Positions 50,767 to 60,904 of a DNA stretch of 64,000 nucleotides are shown here, one piece after another (within the stretch, counting starts at the first letter, position 1; every line of letters begins with the position of its first letter). Position numbers and translations under genes: made by a program. The notes under the pieces were generated by a model. That model ran no database searches. It was not told the origin of the DNA and saw only the letters and a list, made by a program, of their open reading frames with translations. The DNA is from Candidatus Dormiibacterota bacterium (GTDB taxonomy: Bacteria; Chloroflexota; Dormibacteria; Aeolococcales; Aeolococcaceae). The stretch spans positions 43,556-107,555 of the forward strand of contig CAVVVH010000007.1 of NCBI GenBank assembly GCA_963751755.1. Reading direction: 5' to 3'.

Positions 50767-52917
50767 TCACGAGATCGTATAGGCCGCACTTGGTGTCTGG
50801 TTGGCGTCCGCGCTGGTCAGCAGCCACAGATGGTATGCGGTGCTCGCTTTTGGGGGATTGACAGTGGCGCTGACGGTGACCGTGACCCCGTCGAGCGCGC
50901 TGATCCCGGACGCGGAGAGCGTGATCCTGGCGTCATTGTTCGCCGTGCTACCGCTGCCCTGGGAGAGCACCACCGCGCCCACCGTCTCCGTGCCGGCGGC
51001 CGTGTCAGAGACGATGTAATCGCCGACGGTCGCCGGGAGGCTGGTGCCCGCCGGAGCCAGGAGCGTGATGGTTGATCCTGCCCCGAGGGCGCCGGAGGAG
51101 CTCGTCGTGAATGAGATCGTGTAGGTTGCCGTCGCCCCGTGCGTGTTCGGGCTGGCGCTCACCGTGATCCCGGACACGGAGGTACCGATGCTGTATGCCG
51201 TGCTCTGAGCGCCACTTTGATCAGCCGAGGTGCTCACAGCCGCGTGGTCCGATGTGCTCTTGACCGCCGGGTTGACGACTCCCTGGATGCCAACAGTGAC
51301 AGCATCGCCGGCGGTGATCCCCGATGCGGCGAGAACGATCCGAACCTGGTTGGGTGTCGAACTGCCACCGGCATTGGAAACCGACACCGAGCTCACGGTG
51401 TCAGTGTTGGCGCCGCTGTCACTCACCGCGTAGTCGGCGCTGGCGGCCGGCAGCGCCGTGCCTGGCGCAGCGGCGACGGTGATCGCATCTCCCGGGCCCA
51501 GCGCTCCGGAACCGCTGGTGGTGAAATGGATCGAGTACGTGGCCGTGGCCCCCGGCGTGTTGGGGACCGGTGACAGGGAGACCTTGGTCACGACGCTGAA
51601 CACCGTCTGCTGAAGCGTCTTGCTCGAGCTGCCCGCGTAGTTTGCGTCGCCCGAGTACGTCGCGGTGATCGCGTTGATTCCCTTGTTGGCGTACTGGACC
51701 ACACAGGTCGCCTGGCCGAGCGTCAGCTGCTGCGCGGCGCAGCTCGCGATGACGCCACTGCCGTCGGAGAAGGCGACCGTACCGGTCGGTCCGACAGATC
51801 CGGAAGCGGGGACCACCTTCGCCGTGTAGGTGACGCTCTGGCCGGTCGCGGACGGGTTGCGCGAAGAGGACAGCGTCGTGGTCGCGCCGATCGCGTAGAT
51901 GAGGCCGTTGCTGGCGAAGTCCGCCGCGGCGCAGAAGGTCGAGGAGATGCACGACACCGCGGTGAGACCGTTCCCATTCGGGTCGGCTTTGACCGGAGTC
52001 GACCACGACGTGCCGTTCCATGTGATCGCCTGGGATCTGTAGTCCACGGCGATGCAGAAGAGGGAGGAGCTGCATGAGACAGCGCCGCCGGGGCCCCACC
52101 CCGCTTGGGCGGCGGGTGCCGACCAGGATGTGCCCGTCCGCATGACCACGTTGCCATTGCCGTCCACCGCCACGCAGAACGTTGTCGAGCTGCAGGACAC
52201 GCCGGCGAGACCGCCGCCCCCGGGGTCGATGTTGGTCGGCGCCGACCACGACGTGCCGTCCCAGCTCACGGCGTTGCCATGACTGCCGTCCTTGGATGAG
52301 TCCACCGCGACGCAGAACGCTGCGGAGACGCACGACACCGAGCTGAGGCCACCGGGTGGGTCGATGTTGGTGGCCGCCGTCCAGGAGGAACCGTCCCAGG
52401 CTGCCGCGTTGCCGCCGGCGTCCACGACGATGCAGAAGGTCGGCGAGGAGGCGCACGACACGGAGGTGAGGTTGCCGGCGCCGCTGATCGCTACAGGCGC
52501 CGACCATGAGCCGCCGCTCCACGTCAGGGCGTTCCCCGCGCCGTCCACGGCGACGCAGAAGGTGGTGGAGCTGCACGACACCCCACTCACCTCGGTCTTG
52601 TTCCCCTCAATTCCGGTCTCTGACCACGAGGTGCCGTCCCAGGTCGCGGCGTTGCCGGCTGCCGTCGCCTCGACGCAGAACGTCCGAGACACGCATGACA
52701 CGGTATTGGGAGCGGCCCCCAGGTACACGGGCTGCGACCACGCATGGCTGAGAGGGGCGCCGCCACCACCGTTGCCGGCGAGGGCGCGTGGCACGGTCAC
52801 CGCAGCGCCGATGCCGAGTGCGACCACGACTGCCGCAATTGTGTATCGCCGTCCCCGAAAGCGGCTTCGACCACCGGCGGAGTCGGTCTCTTGCCCGCCC
52901 ATTCCAGTGTGGTTCAT
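50767..52917 (-). CDS. Large secreted or anchored repeat protein: seven Cys-pair blades, an Ig-like domain and two tandem ~135-aa domains
   Basis: The ATG at 52917 follows GGGGGGA. The TM/signal segment is YTIAAVVVALGIGAAV. Seven copies of VSC.S..FC.AVD..GN...W.G.SWS are present. The Big-type Ig domain reads SATGQSVTYTAKV...GTVAFSDG...TATYSGDANY. Two paralogous domains follow (SPxPNTxGATATYxIxFTTSxSGALGxG...). Confidence 0.75.
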   Translation of the reverse strand: MNHTGMGGQETDSAGGRSRFRGRRYTIAAVVVALGIGAAVTVPRALAGNGGGGAPLSHAWSQPVYLGAAPNTVSCVSRTFCVEATAAGNAATWDGTSWSETGIEGNKTEVSGVSCSSTTFCVAVDGAGNALTWSGGSWSAPVAISGAGNLTSVSCASSPTFCIVVDAGGNAAAWDGSSWTAATNIDPPGGLSSVSCVSAAFCVAVDSSKDGSHGNAVSWDGTSWSAPTNIDPGGGGLAGVSCSSTTFCVAVDGNGNVVMRTGTSWSAPAAQAGWGPGGAVSCSSSLFCIAVDYRSQAITWNGTSWSTPVKADPNGNGLTAVSCISSTFCAAADFASNGLIYAIGATTTLSSSRNPSATGQSVTYTAKVVPASGSVGPTGTVAFSDGSGVIASCAAQQLTLGQATCVVQYANKGINAITATYSGDANYAGSSSKTLQQTVFSVVTKVSLSPVPNTPGATATYSIHFTTSGSGALGPGDAITVAAAPGTALPAASADYAVSDSGANTDTVSSVSVSNAGGSSTPNQVRIVLAASGITAGDAVTVGIQGVVNPAVKSTSDHAAVSTSADQSGAQSTAYSIGTSVSGITVSASPNTHGATATYTISFTTSSSGALGAGSTITLLAPAGTSLPATVGDYIVSDTAAGTETVGAVVLSQGSGSTANNDARITLSASGISALDGVTVTVSATVNPPKASTAYHLWLLTSADANQTPSAAYTIS

Positions 52918-53322
52918 CTGGATCCCCCCAGTCGCGCCCCGAGCCTGGAACGATGAGAACCCAGCGATGAGGGTAGACAAGGTTCAGTTGCGACAGTGTG
53001 CACGCTTCCCAGGCAAAAGGAAACAGGCCAAAGGAAAGCAGAGATCAACTGGCCCCACAGGGGTGTTCCGCCGCAATCTCCCTGTTACACCGTCTATGTA
53101 GTGATCACTGCCGCCCGATCGCACATATCGGGGGCGACGTGGACGATTTCACAGGTCCCGATGCAGCCTGGGAGTAGCTTGGCGGGCCCGAGTGTCGACC
53201 CGCGCCCAATAGCCCGCGAACACTGTGAGCCACTGGCACGCCGTGGGTCGTCCCGCCGCCATGACGGCGTCGGGTGGGATGATCGACCCTCGCGTCGATC
53301 GGGCACCACGGAGGCGATGGCG

Positions 53323-56066
53323 ATGAGCAGCGACGACCGGTTCGGCGCCCGCGCAACCCTGGCCGGCGACGTCGACTACTACGCGCTCAGCCGTCTCGCG
53401 GACACCGGGGTCGGCGACCCGTCGCGCCTCCCCATGACCGTCAAGATCCTGCTCGAGAATGCGCTGCGCCACTCCGGCGCGCCCTTCGCCAACGAGGACG
53501 ACGTCGCGGCCTTGGTCGCCTGGGACGGCAAGCACCCCGCTGAGGACCGTGAGCGCCCGTTCGTCCCGTCCCGGGTGCTGCTCCAGGACTTCACCGGCGT
53601 CCCCGCCGTCGTCGACCTGGCCGCGATGCGCTCAGCCATGCAGCGGGCCGGCGGCGACCCCGGACGGATCGATCCCCTGGTGCCGGTCGACCTGGTCATC
53701 GACCACTCCGTGCAGGTCGACGCGTTCGGGGACGCGCAGGCGTACGGCCGCAACATCGAGCGCGAGTACGAGCGCAACCGCGAGCGCTACATGCTGCTCC
53801 GCTGGGCGCAGCAGGCCTTCAAGGGCTTCCGGGTGGTGCCGCCCGGGATGGGCATCGTGCACCAGGTCAACCTCGAGTACCTGGCCCGCGTCGTCCAGGT
53901 ACGTGACATCGATGGCCACAACGTGGCACTCCCGGACACGCTGGTGGGGACGGACTCGCACACCACCATGGTCAACGGCATCGGTGTGCTCGGCTGGGGT
54001 GTCGGCGGCATCGAGGCCGAGGCCTGCATGCTCGGCCAGCCGCTGTTCCTGCTCTCGCCGGTGGTGGTCGGCGTTCGCTTCCACAACGCGCTGCCGGTCG
54101 GGACCACCGCAACCGACCTGGTGCTGACCCTGACCGAGATGCTCCGCAAGCATGGCGTCGTCAACAAGTTCGTGGAGTTCTGCGGCGCCGGGCTGTCGTC
54201 GATGACCGCCGCCGACCGGGCCACCCTCTCCAACATGGCGCCGGAATACGGCGCCACCGCCTCGTTCTTCCCGGTCGACGCGCGCACCCTCGAGTACCTG
54301 CGACAGACGGGCCGCGAGGAGGAGCACGTCGAGCTGGTCGAGCGGTACTGCCGCGAGCAGGGCATGTTCCGCACCGACGAGTCGGAGACGCCGCTGTTCA
54401 GTGAGATCCTCGACCTCGACCTCGCCTCGATCGTCCCTTCGGTTGCCGGCCCTCGCCGACCCCAGGACCGCGTCGCCCTCCCGGGCGTGTGGGACTCGTT
54501 CACCGCGGTGTACGGCGGCGGCGGCGACGACGCGCCGCAGCGCAACGGCGACCTCGCCCGCCTCGTCCAGGAGGGCGGCAACCCTGAAGGGGCCACCGGC
54601 AACCCCAACCCGGAGCCCGCGGCAGCCGGCAATGGTCACAACGTCAGGGAGCTCGCCGACGGCGCCGTGGTGATCGCCGCCATCACATCCTGCACGAACA
54701 CCTCCAACCCGTCGGTGATGCTCGCCGCCGGCCTGCTCGCGCAGCACGCCGTCGAGCGCGGCCTCACCGTGGCCGCGCACGTCAAGACGTCGCTGGCGCC
54801 GGGCTCGCGCGTGGTCACCGACTACCTGCGCCGCGCCGGTGTCTCAGAGGCGCTCGACACCCTGCACTTCAACACCGTCGGCTACGGCTGCACGACATGC
54901 ATCGGCAACAGCGGTCCGCTGCCGGAGGAGGTGTCGAGCCGCATCGAGTCCGAGGACCTGGCGGTGGCCGCGGTGCTCAGCGGCAACCGCAATTTCGAGG
55001 GGCGCATCCACCCCCAGGTGAAGGCGGCATACCTGGCGTCGCCGCCGCTGGTGGTTGCGTACGCACTCGCCGGCACCGTCGACATCGACCTCACCACCGA
55101 GCCGCTCGGCCGCGACAGCGACGGCGGGGACGTGTTCCTCAGCGACATCTGGCCCACCGCTGAGGAGATCGCCGACGCGACCGCGCGCGGGCTGCAGCAG
55201 TCGATGTTCCACGACGAGTACGCGCGCATCTTCGACGGCGACGAGCACTGGCAGAAGCTGCCGGCCCCGACCGGCGCCATGTTCGACTGGGAGGACGACT
55301 CGACATACGTGCGCGAACCGCCGTTCTTCGCGAGCGCGGCACAGCCGCAGCAAGCACCGGAGGCGATCGAGAACGCCCGCGTCCTCGCCGTGCTCGGCAA
55401 CTCGATCACCACCGACCACATCTCGCCGGCAGGGACCATCTCCCCACAGTCACCGGCGGCCGCGTACCTGCGTGACCATGGTGTCGAGTTGCGCGACTTC
55501 AACACCTACGGGGCGCGCCGTGGCAACCACGAGGTGATGATGCGCGGCACGTTCGCCAACATCCGCCTGCGCAACGCGCTCGCGAATGGCAAGGAGGGTG
55601 GCTGGACGACCCACCTCGACAGCGGTGAGGTGATGTCCATCTACGACGCAGCGATGCGCTACGCCAAGGAGGGCGTGCCGCTGATCATCCTCGCGGGGCG
55701 CGAGTACGGCTCGGGATCGTCGCGCGACTGGGCGGCCAAGGGGCCGATGCTGCAGGGCGTGCGCGCGGTGATCGCGCAGTCGTTCGAGCGCATCCACCGC
55801 AGCAACCTGGTGGGCATGGGGGTGCTGCCGCTGCAGTTCCGCGACGGCGACTCCCCGAGTCGCTCGGCCTCGACGGCCGCGAGCGCTACACCATCCGCGG
55901 GGTTGCGAATGCGGGCCCGGGGGCAACCATCGAGGTCGTCGCCAGCGGGCCTGGCGGAGACACCACCTTCGAGACGTTGTGCCGGCTCGACAGCGCCACC
56001 GACGCGGAGTATTTCCGAGCCGGTGGCATCCTGACCCACGTGCTTCGTCAATTGATGGCCTCCTGA
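53323..56066 (+). pseudogene. acnA: Aconitate hydratase AcnA, one frame break close to the C-terminus
   Basis: [53 protein letters not shown] and SGNRNFEGR...[10 protein letters not shown]...[20 protein letters not shown] are in one frame up to [21 protein letters not shown]...[30 protein letters not shown] is in the -1 frame and ends at the TGA at 56064-56066. The break is in the C run at 55853-55856. Confidence 0.9.
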
Positions 56067-56195
56067 TCTGACACCCGCTTCACAAGCGTTGACAGTTCTT
56101 TTGGAAGCAGCACTCGACACAGCCTCGACGGGCGGCGATGCTAGGGGCAGCCATTGGAGCGTTTGCTGCAATTGATGGAGGAGAGCCGGTACACG

Positions 56196-56651
56196 ATGAA
56201 GCGTCTGTCCCTCGCGTCAGTCCTGCTTCTCGCCGGCGGCATCGTCCTTTCCGTGGGCCTGCCGCTGCAGTGGTCGACCGTCACCTCTCCCGACGGCGCC
56301 ATCTCGGTGTCCCTGCGCGGCATCGACTACGCGGGCTACGACATCCTCACCACCGCAGCGATCGGCCTGCTGCTCGTCGTCGCGGCGTTCGGCGTGGCGG
56401 CGGGACGGCGCTGGGGCCGGCTGCTCGGCGTCATCGTCGCGGTGTTCGCCTGCCTCTGGGGGGCGCTGGTGGTGGTTGCTGCTGCAAATCCATCTGCCGA
56501 CGGCAGCGTGTTGTCGGGAGTCAAGGTCTCGATTGGCCTGGGGGCCTTCGCGGTGGCCGTCGGTGCGGCGCTGGCTCTGATCGGCGCGGTCATGAGCCTT
56601 CGCGTCCGCAGCGTTGCCGTCGTCACAACGGGGGTGGCTTCGAGCGCCTGA
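56196..56651 (+). CDS. Hypothetical integral membrane protein (4 TM)
   Basis: MKRLSLASVLLLAGGIVLSVGL... has four hydrophobic segments and no family motif. Confidence 0.55.
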   Translation: MKRLSLASVLLLAGGIVLSVGLPLQWSTVTSPDGAISVSLRGIDYAGYDILTTAAIGLLLVVAAFGVAAGRRWGRLLGVIVAVFACLWGALVVVAAANPSADGSVLSGVKVSIGLGAFAVAVGAALALIGAVMSLRVRSVAVVTTGVASSA

Positions 56652-56761
56652 CAGAGGGCGGTTCCCGCCCGGGAGGGGCTAGGCTGTGGTCCGGCGACAG
56701 GGAGCTGTCGCCGGCCACGGTCAACCTCAGTCCATCCCGTCCGCCCTGTCGAGGAACGCCG

Positions 56762-58510
56762 ATGAAACCCGCCCCGCGCCGCTGGCAGGTCTCACCCGCC
56801 GCGCCACTGCCCGGACATCCGTCGCTGCTCGGCCGCATCCTGGCGGCGCGCGGCCATGACGACAGCAGTGCTGCAACGTTCCTCGACGACGGCGCCACGT
56901 TCCACGACCCGTTCGCGTTGCGCGGCATGGCGGCGGCCGTCGAGGTGCTTGGCGCGGCGATCCGCGCCGGCGAGCGCATCGCGGTGTACGGCGACTACGA
57001 CGCCGACGGCGTCACCGCGTGCGCGATGCTGAGCCGTGCGCTGCGCGCCGCCGGCGCCGACGCGGTGCCGTACATCCCCAACCGGATGAGCGAGGGCTAC
57101 GGGCTGCACGGCGCCGCGCTGATCGACCTGCACGCCCAGGGCGTGCGCTGCGTCATCACCGTCGACTGCGGTACCAGCAGCGTCGACGTCGCCGCGGCGC
57201 GGCCCGCGGGCATGCGCCTGGTGGTCACCGACCACCACCTGCCGCTGGCCCCGGATGGCGCACCGCCCGCGCTGGCGCCGGCGGACGCGCTGATCAATCC
57301 CAAGCAACCCGGCTGCGAGTACCCCTTCGACGGCCTCGCCGGCGCGGGCGTGGCGTGGAAGCTGCTCGCCGCGCTCGAGACGGCCGGCCTGGTCCCGGCG
57401 GGCAGCGCCGAGGCGGGCCTCGGTCTCGCCGCGCTCGGCACCGTCGCCGACATGATGCCGCTGCGTGGCGAGAACCGGCTCATCGTCCAGCGCGGCATGC
57501 CCCGCCTTCGCGACCACGCGGGCATCCGCGCGCTGTGCGCCGTGGCGGGTTTGTCACCCGAGCTCCGTGCCAGCGACATCGGCTTCGGCCTCGGGCCACG
57601 CATCAACGCGGCCGGGCGGATGGAGGACGCCAAGCTCGCGCTCGACCTCTGCCTCTGCGACGACGACGACCGGGCCTTCGAGCTGGCCACCCGGCTGGAC
57701 GCCCAGAACCGCGACCGCCAGGCGGCCGTCGCGATCGCCATGGCCGAAGCCGAGACGATGGTGGCCGACCTGCCGGAGGATGCCCCGGCCATCGTGCTGG
57801 GAAGCCCGTCGTGGCCGATGGGGATCGTCGGGCTGGTGGCCGGCCGGCTCACCGAGCGCTACGCGCGACCCAGCTTCATCGTCTGCCTCGACGCCGTGGA
57901 GGCCAAGGGCTCCGGGCGGTCGATCCCCGGCGTGCACATCGTCGAGGCGCTGGACGGCGCGGCAGCCACGCTGCTGCGATACGGAGGGCACAAGGTCGCC
58001 GCCGGATTCAGCCTGGACGCCGCGCGCTTCGACGAGTTCGCCGACGCCATCCGAGCGTCCGTCGCCGCCCAGCTCGGCGATGCGTCGCGTGAGCGGGTTG
58101 TGGCCATCGATGGCGAGATCACCACCGCCGAATGCGTCCCGGACACCTGCGACCTGCTCGACAGGCTGGAGCCGTGTGGCCAGGGCAACGCCGCGCCCGT
58201 GCTGGCGATGCGCGACTGCACGGTGCTGTCGACGAGCACGTTCGGCGCGGACTCGCAGCACCTCCGGGTGGCGCTGAGCGACGGCAACGGCATCGTCGAG
58301 GCCATCGCCTTCTTCAAGCCGCAGCTCGCCGACCACCTGCCTCGCGGGCGTCGTGTCGACGTCTGCATCGCGCTCGAGCGCGACGAGTGGCAGGGGATGG
58401 TGCGGGTGCGGGCTCGGCTGCGCGACATCCGGCCGGCGCGGCCTGAACCGGTGGTGGAGCTCGCCGGCTCACCGGTGGCGACATTGACGCCGGCTCCCGT
58501 GTCGCGCTGA
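56762..58510 (+). CDS. recJ: Single-stranded-DNA-specific exonuclease RecJ
   Basis: The DHH motifs are present: IAVYGDYDADGVTA, VITVDCG, LVVTDHH and GLAGAGVAWKL. The DHHA1 motif is GGHKVAAGFS. Confidence 0.9.
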   Translation: MKPAPRRWQVSPAAPLPGHPSLLGRILAARGHDDSSAATFLDDGATFHDPFALRGMAAAVEVLGAAIRAGERIAVYGDYDADGVTACAMLSRALRAAGADAVPYIPNRMSEGYGLHGAALIDLHAQGVRCVITVDCGTSSVDVAAARPAGMRLVVTDHHLPLAPDGAPPALAPADALINPKQPGCEYPFDGLAGAGVAWKLLAALETAGLVPAGSAEAGLGLAALGTVADMMPLRGENRLIVQRGMPRLRDHAGIRALCAVAGLSPELRASDIGFGLGPRINAAGRMEDAKLALDLCLCDDDDRAFELATRLDAQNRDRQAAVAIAMAEAETMVADLPEDAPAIVLGSPSWPMGIVGLVAGRLTERYARPSFIVCLDAVEAKGSGRSIPGVHIVEALDGAAATLLRYGGHKVAAGFSLDAARFDEFADAIRASVAAQLGDASRERVVAIDGEITTAECVPDTCDLLDRLEPCGQGNAAPVLAMRDCTVLSTSTFGADSQHLRVALSDGNGIVEAIAFFKPQLADHLPRGRRVDVCIALERDEWQGMVRVRARLRDIRPARPEPVVELAGSPVATLTPAPVSR

Positions 58511-58629
58511 GGCCCGACCGGCCCTCTCGAGGGGTCGGTACGCAACCGCACACAGGACCCTCACCGCGGGCGCGTAGGCTCACGGCAGGTCCGGCCTTTC
58601 GGCCTGGCAACGGCAGCGAGGAGACATGC

Positions 58630-58902
58630 ATGCCCACAGTGATGGCCCACCACGACGTCAAGGACAAGGATCACTGGCTGTCGTCGCCCAAGCGCGAGGA
58701 GGTGTTCGGACCCCTGGGCGTCAGCAACATCCGCACCTTTGTCGACCCGCAGAACCCGAACCGAGTCGGACTGGTCATGGACGTTGCCGACATGGACGCG
58801 CTCATGGGGTACATGCAGCAACAGGAGGCCGCTGACGCGATGGAGAACGACGGCGTCAAGGCCGAGACCCTGGTCATGCTCGTCGAGGAGAAGGCCGGGT
58901 AG
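58630..58902 (+). CDS. Hypothetical small protein (90 aa)
   Basis: GAGGAG lies upstream. Coding bias is good. No recognisable motif was found (MPTVMAHHDVKDKDHWLSSPKREEVFGP...). Confidence 0.55.
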   Translation: MPTVMAHHDVKDKDHWLSSPKREEVFGPLGVSNIRTFVDPQNPNRVGLVMDVADMDALMGYMQQQEAADAMENDGVKAETLVMLVEEKAG

Positions 58903-59053
58903 CCCGCGTACAACCAACAAGCCGCCGGCGGAAGTTACCAACCATCTGTCGAGTCCGATGACCTGGTTCCCAAAGGTCTCGCGCCGGTAACGGCCACGGC
59001 ACAGCGGGCCGGCGCCGAGGGTCGCCGCATCTGGACGCCCACACGATGCGGCC

Positions 59054-60904
59054 ATGTCGCCTCCAGATCACGGGTGTCACGAACGCGGTCGAGCCCGACG
59101 GCCCGGCCTCAGGGGATTGGTGCGCGCCGCCGCCCTCGGACTGGTGGCGCTCCTTGCGGTGTCCTCGGCGCATCTGGCTCCCGTCTCAGCCACCGCACCA
59201 GCGGCGTCTGTTGGCTTGGGGCGTGTTGGCCTCGCCCAGGCGCCGGTTCAGCTGAACGCCGCTGTCACGACACCCTCCGCCAGCGCGGCACCCACACCAC
59301 CGTCGAATCCGTCGTCGACCCCGGCCGTGGCGATGGCTGCCCGTCCGGCCTCGTCGGCGACATCGCCGGCGCCCGCGCCGGGCGCGAGGGCTGCTGCGGT
59401 GCCTCTCACCCCCGCCCGGAGCGCGCGGGCGTCGTCGAGTGCCCCCGCGTACGCGGCCTCCCATCCGTCAGCGGTGGCTCTTGTCGGTCAGCCGTACGGC
59501 CCCCAGCCGAACCGGATGATGACGTGGCCCGACGACGTGTACGGCGCGCAGTTCACGGCCGGCGAAGAGGACCAGCTGGCCACCGAGTTCAGCCAGGTGG
59601 TCATCGGCAAGGCGCACGACGACTACACCAACCGTCAGATGGCCCCAAAGTTCCAGGCGGTCAACGACCTGGTCTCGCGCAACCCGAATCTCGGCGTGTA
59701 CTTCGATTTGTCGGGGAAGTTCTGGTACCTCGCCAACAACTGGGGGGTCACCTTCGATCCGTCGTGGTACTTGAAGGACAACACCGGTCGTTCCCTGTGC
59801 ACGAAAGCGGGGACGCCGATCGGCAGTGCCTACTGCTACATCGATCTCACCAACAACAGTTACCGGGCATGGGTCAAGCAGGTGGTGCTGTCCTGGATGC
59901 AGCAGTCGCCGGCCACCGGCCTGGCCTTCGACTCCGTCGATCCCATCGGGGTCTCGTCCACTGACACCGCCTACTGGGCAGGTGTCATCGGGCCGGCGCG
60001 CGTGAGCAGCTACAACAGGGCGATGGTGTCCTTGGTCACCGAGATGACGCAGCTCATGCACTCGATCGGCAAGCGCACCTGGTACAACGGCTTCGCGCCG
60101 TCCCCCGGCCGGGACGCCTCGCGCAACCTCAGCATGCTCAGCACCGTCGACGGTGGTGTTGACGAGAGCTTCTGCATCACGCTGGAGTTGTACATGAACA
60201 GCAACACGCCCGTGCTCAACCCGATCCTGCCCGACCTGCAGATCATGCAGCAACACAAGGACAAGATGCTGGGGATGTTCACGCTGTACAAGCACGGGAA
60301 CGCAGCCTTTCAGAGCCTGGGGCCGTACTGCTTCGGCGCCTTCATGATGGGTTGGCAGGTGGGGTCGTCGTACTTCCGCTTCGCTGAGAGCTACTTCAAC
60401 ACCTCACTCAGCTATCAGCTCCCCGATGCCCGCATCAACATCGGGACGCCAACGGCGCCGTTTCACCAGGCCGGCAACCTGCTGTCGCGCACCTTCACCA
60501 ACGGCTCGATCTATGTCAACACCGATCCGTCCGCCACCCTGAGCTTCGTCGCGCCGCAAGCGCTGGTCGGGTACGCCGGGGGACTGCAGACAGGAACCGT
60601 GGCCGCCGGCGCGACAGTGTCCATCCGTCCGAACCAGGCACTCTTCTACCTCAACCCAAAGTTCGTGAGCACCTTCCCCGGCAACGCGTCGGCAACCGCT
60701 GCCGCGGCCGTTCCCGTTGGTCTGGATGCCGCCTCGGAGTGGCGGGCGCGCCCGCCGCAGGGTCCTCAACAACGTCGAGCCAGTCGCGCTGCCCGCTCGA
60801 CTCTGAACCAGCACCGGATGTCGCCGTTGACAACGGTCCCGGGCCTGCCCGCGATCGACAATCCACGCCGCCGCGCCGCCGACGGAACCCTACCCTCGGG
60901 CTGA
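59054..60904 (+). CDS. Secreted protein, putative glycoside-hydrolase-like (GHL-type) domain. Family assignment is weak.
   Basis: A signal-like segment AAALGLVALLAVSSAHLAPVSA and a Pro/Ser/Ala linker precede a ~400-aa domain rich in aromatic residues and Asn. Local GC is lower than in the neighbours. The last ~55 codons look non-coding, so the C-terminus is uncertain. Confidence 0.5.
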   Translation: MSPPDHGCHERGRARRPGLRGLVRAAALGLVALLAVSSAHLAPVSATAPAASVGLGRVGLAQAPVQLNAAVTTPSASAAPTPPSNPSSTPAVAMAARPASSATSPAPAPGARAAAVPLTPARSARASSSAPAYAASHPSAVALVGQPYGPQPNRMMTWPDDVYGAQFTAGEEDQLATEFSQVVIGKAHDDYTNRQMAPKFQAVNDLVSRNPNLGVYFDLSGKFWYLANNWGVTFDPSWYLKDNTGRSLCTKAGTPIGSAYCYIDLTNNSYRAWVKQVVLSWMQQSPATGLAFDSVDPIGVSSTDTAYWAGVIGPARVSSYNRAMVSLVTEMTQLMHSIGKRTWYNGFAPSPGRDASRNLSMLSTVDGGVDESFCITLELYMNSNTPVLNPILPDLQIMQQHKDKMLGMFTLYKHGNAAFQSLGPYCFGAFMMGWQVGSSYFRFAESYFNTSLSYQLPDARINIGTPTAPFHQAGNLLSRTFTNGSIYVNTDPSATLSFVAPQALVGYAGGLQTGTVAAGATVSIRPNQALFYLNPKFVSTFPGNASATAAAAVPVGLDAASEWRARPPQGPQQRRASRAARSTLNQHRMSPLTTVPGLPAIDNPRRRAADGTLPSG

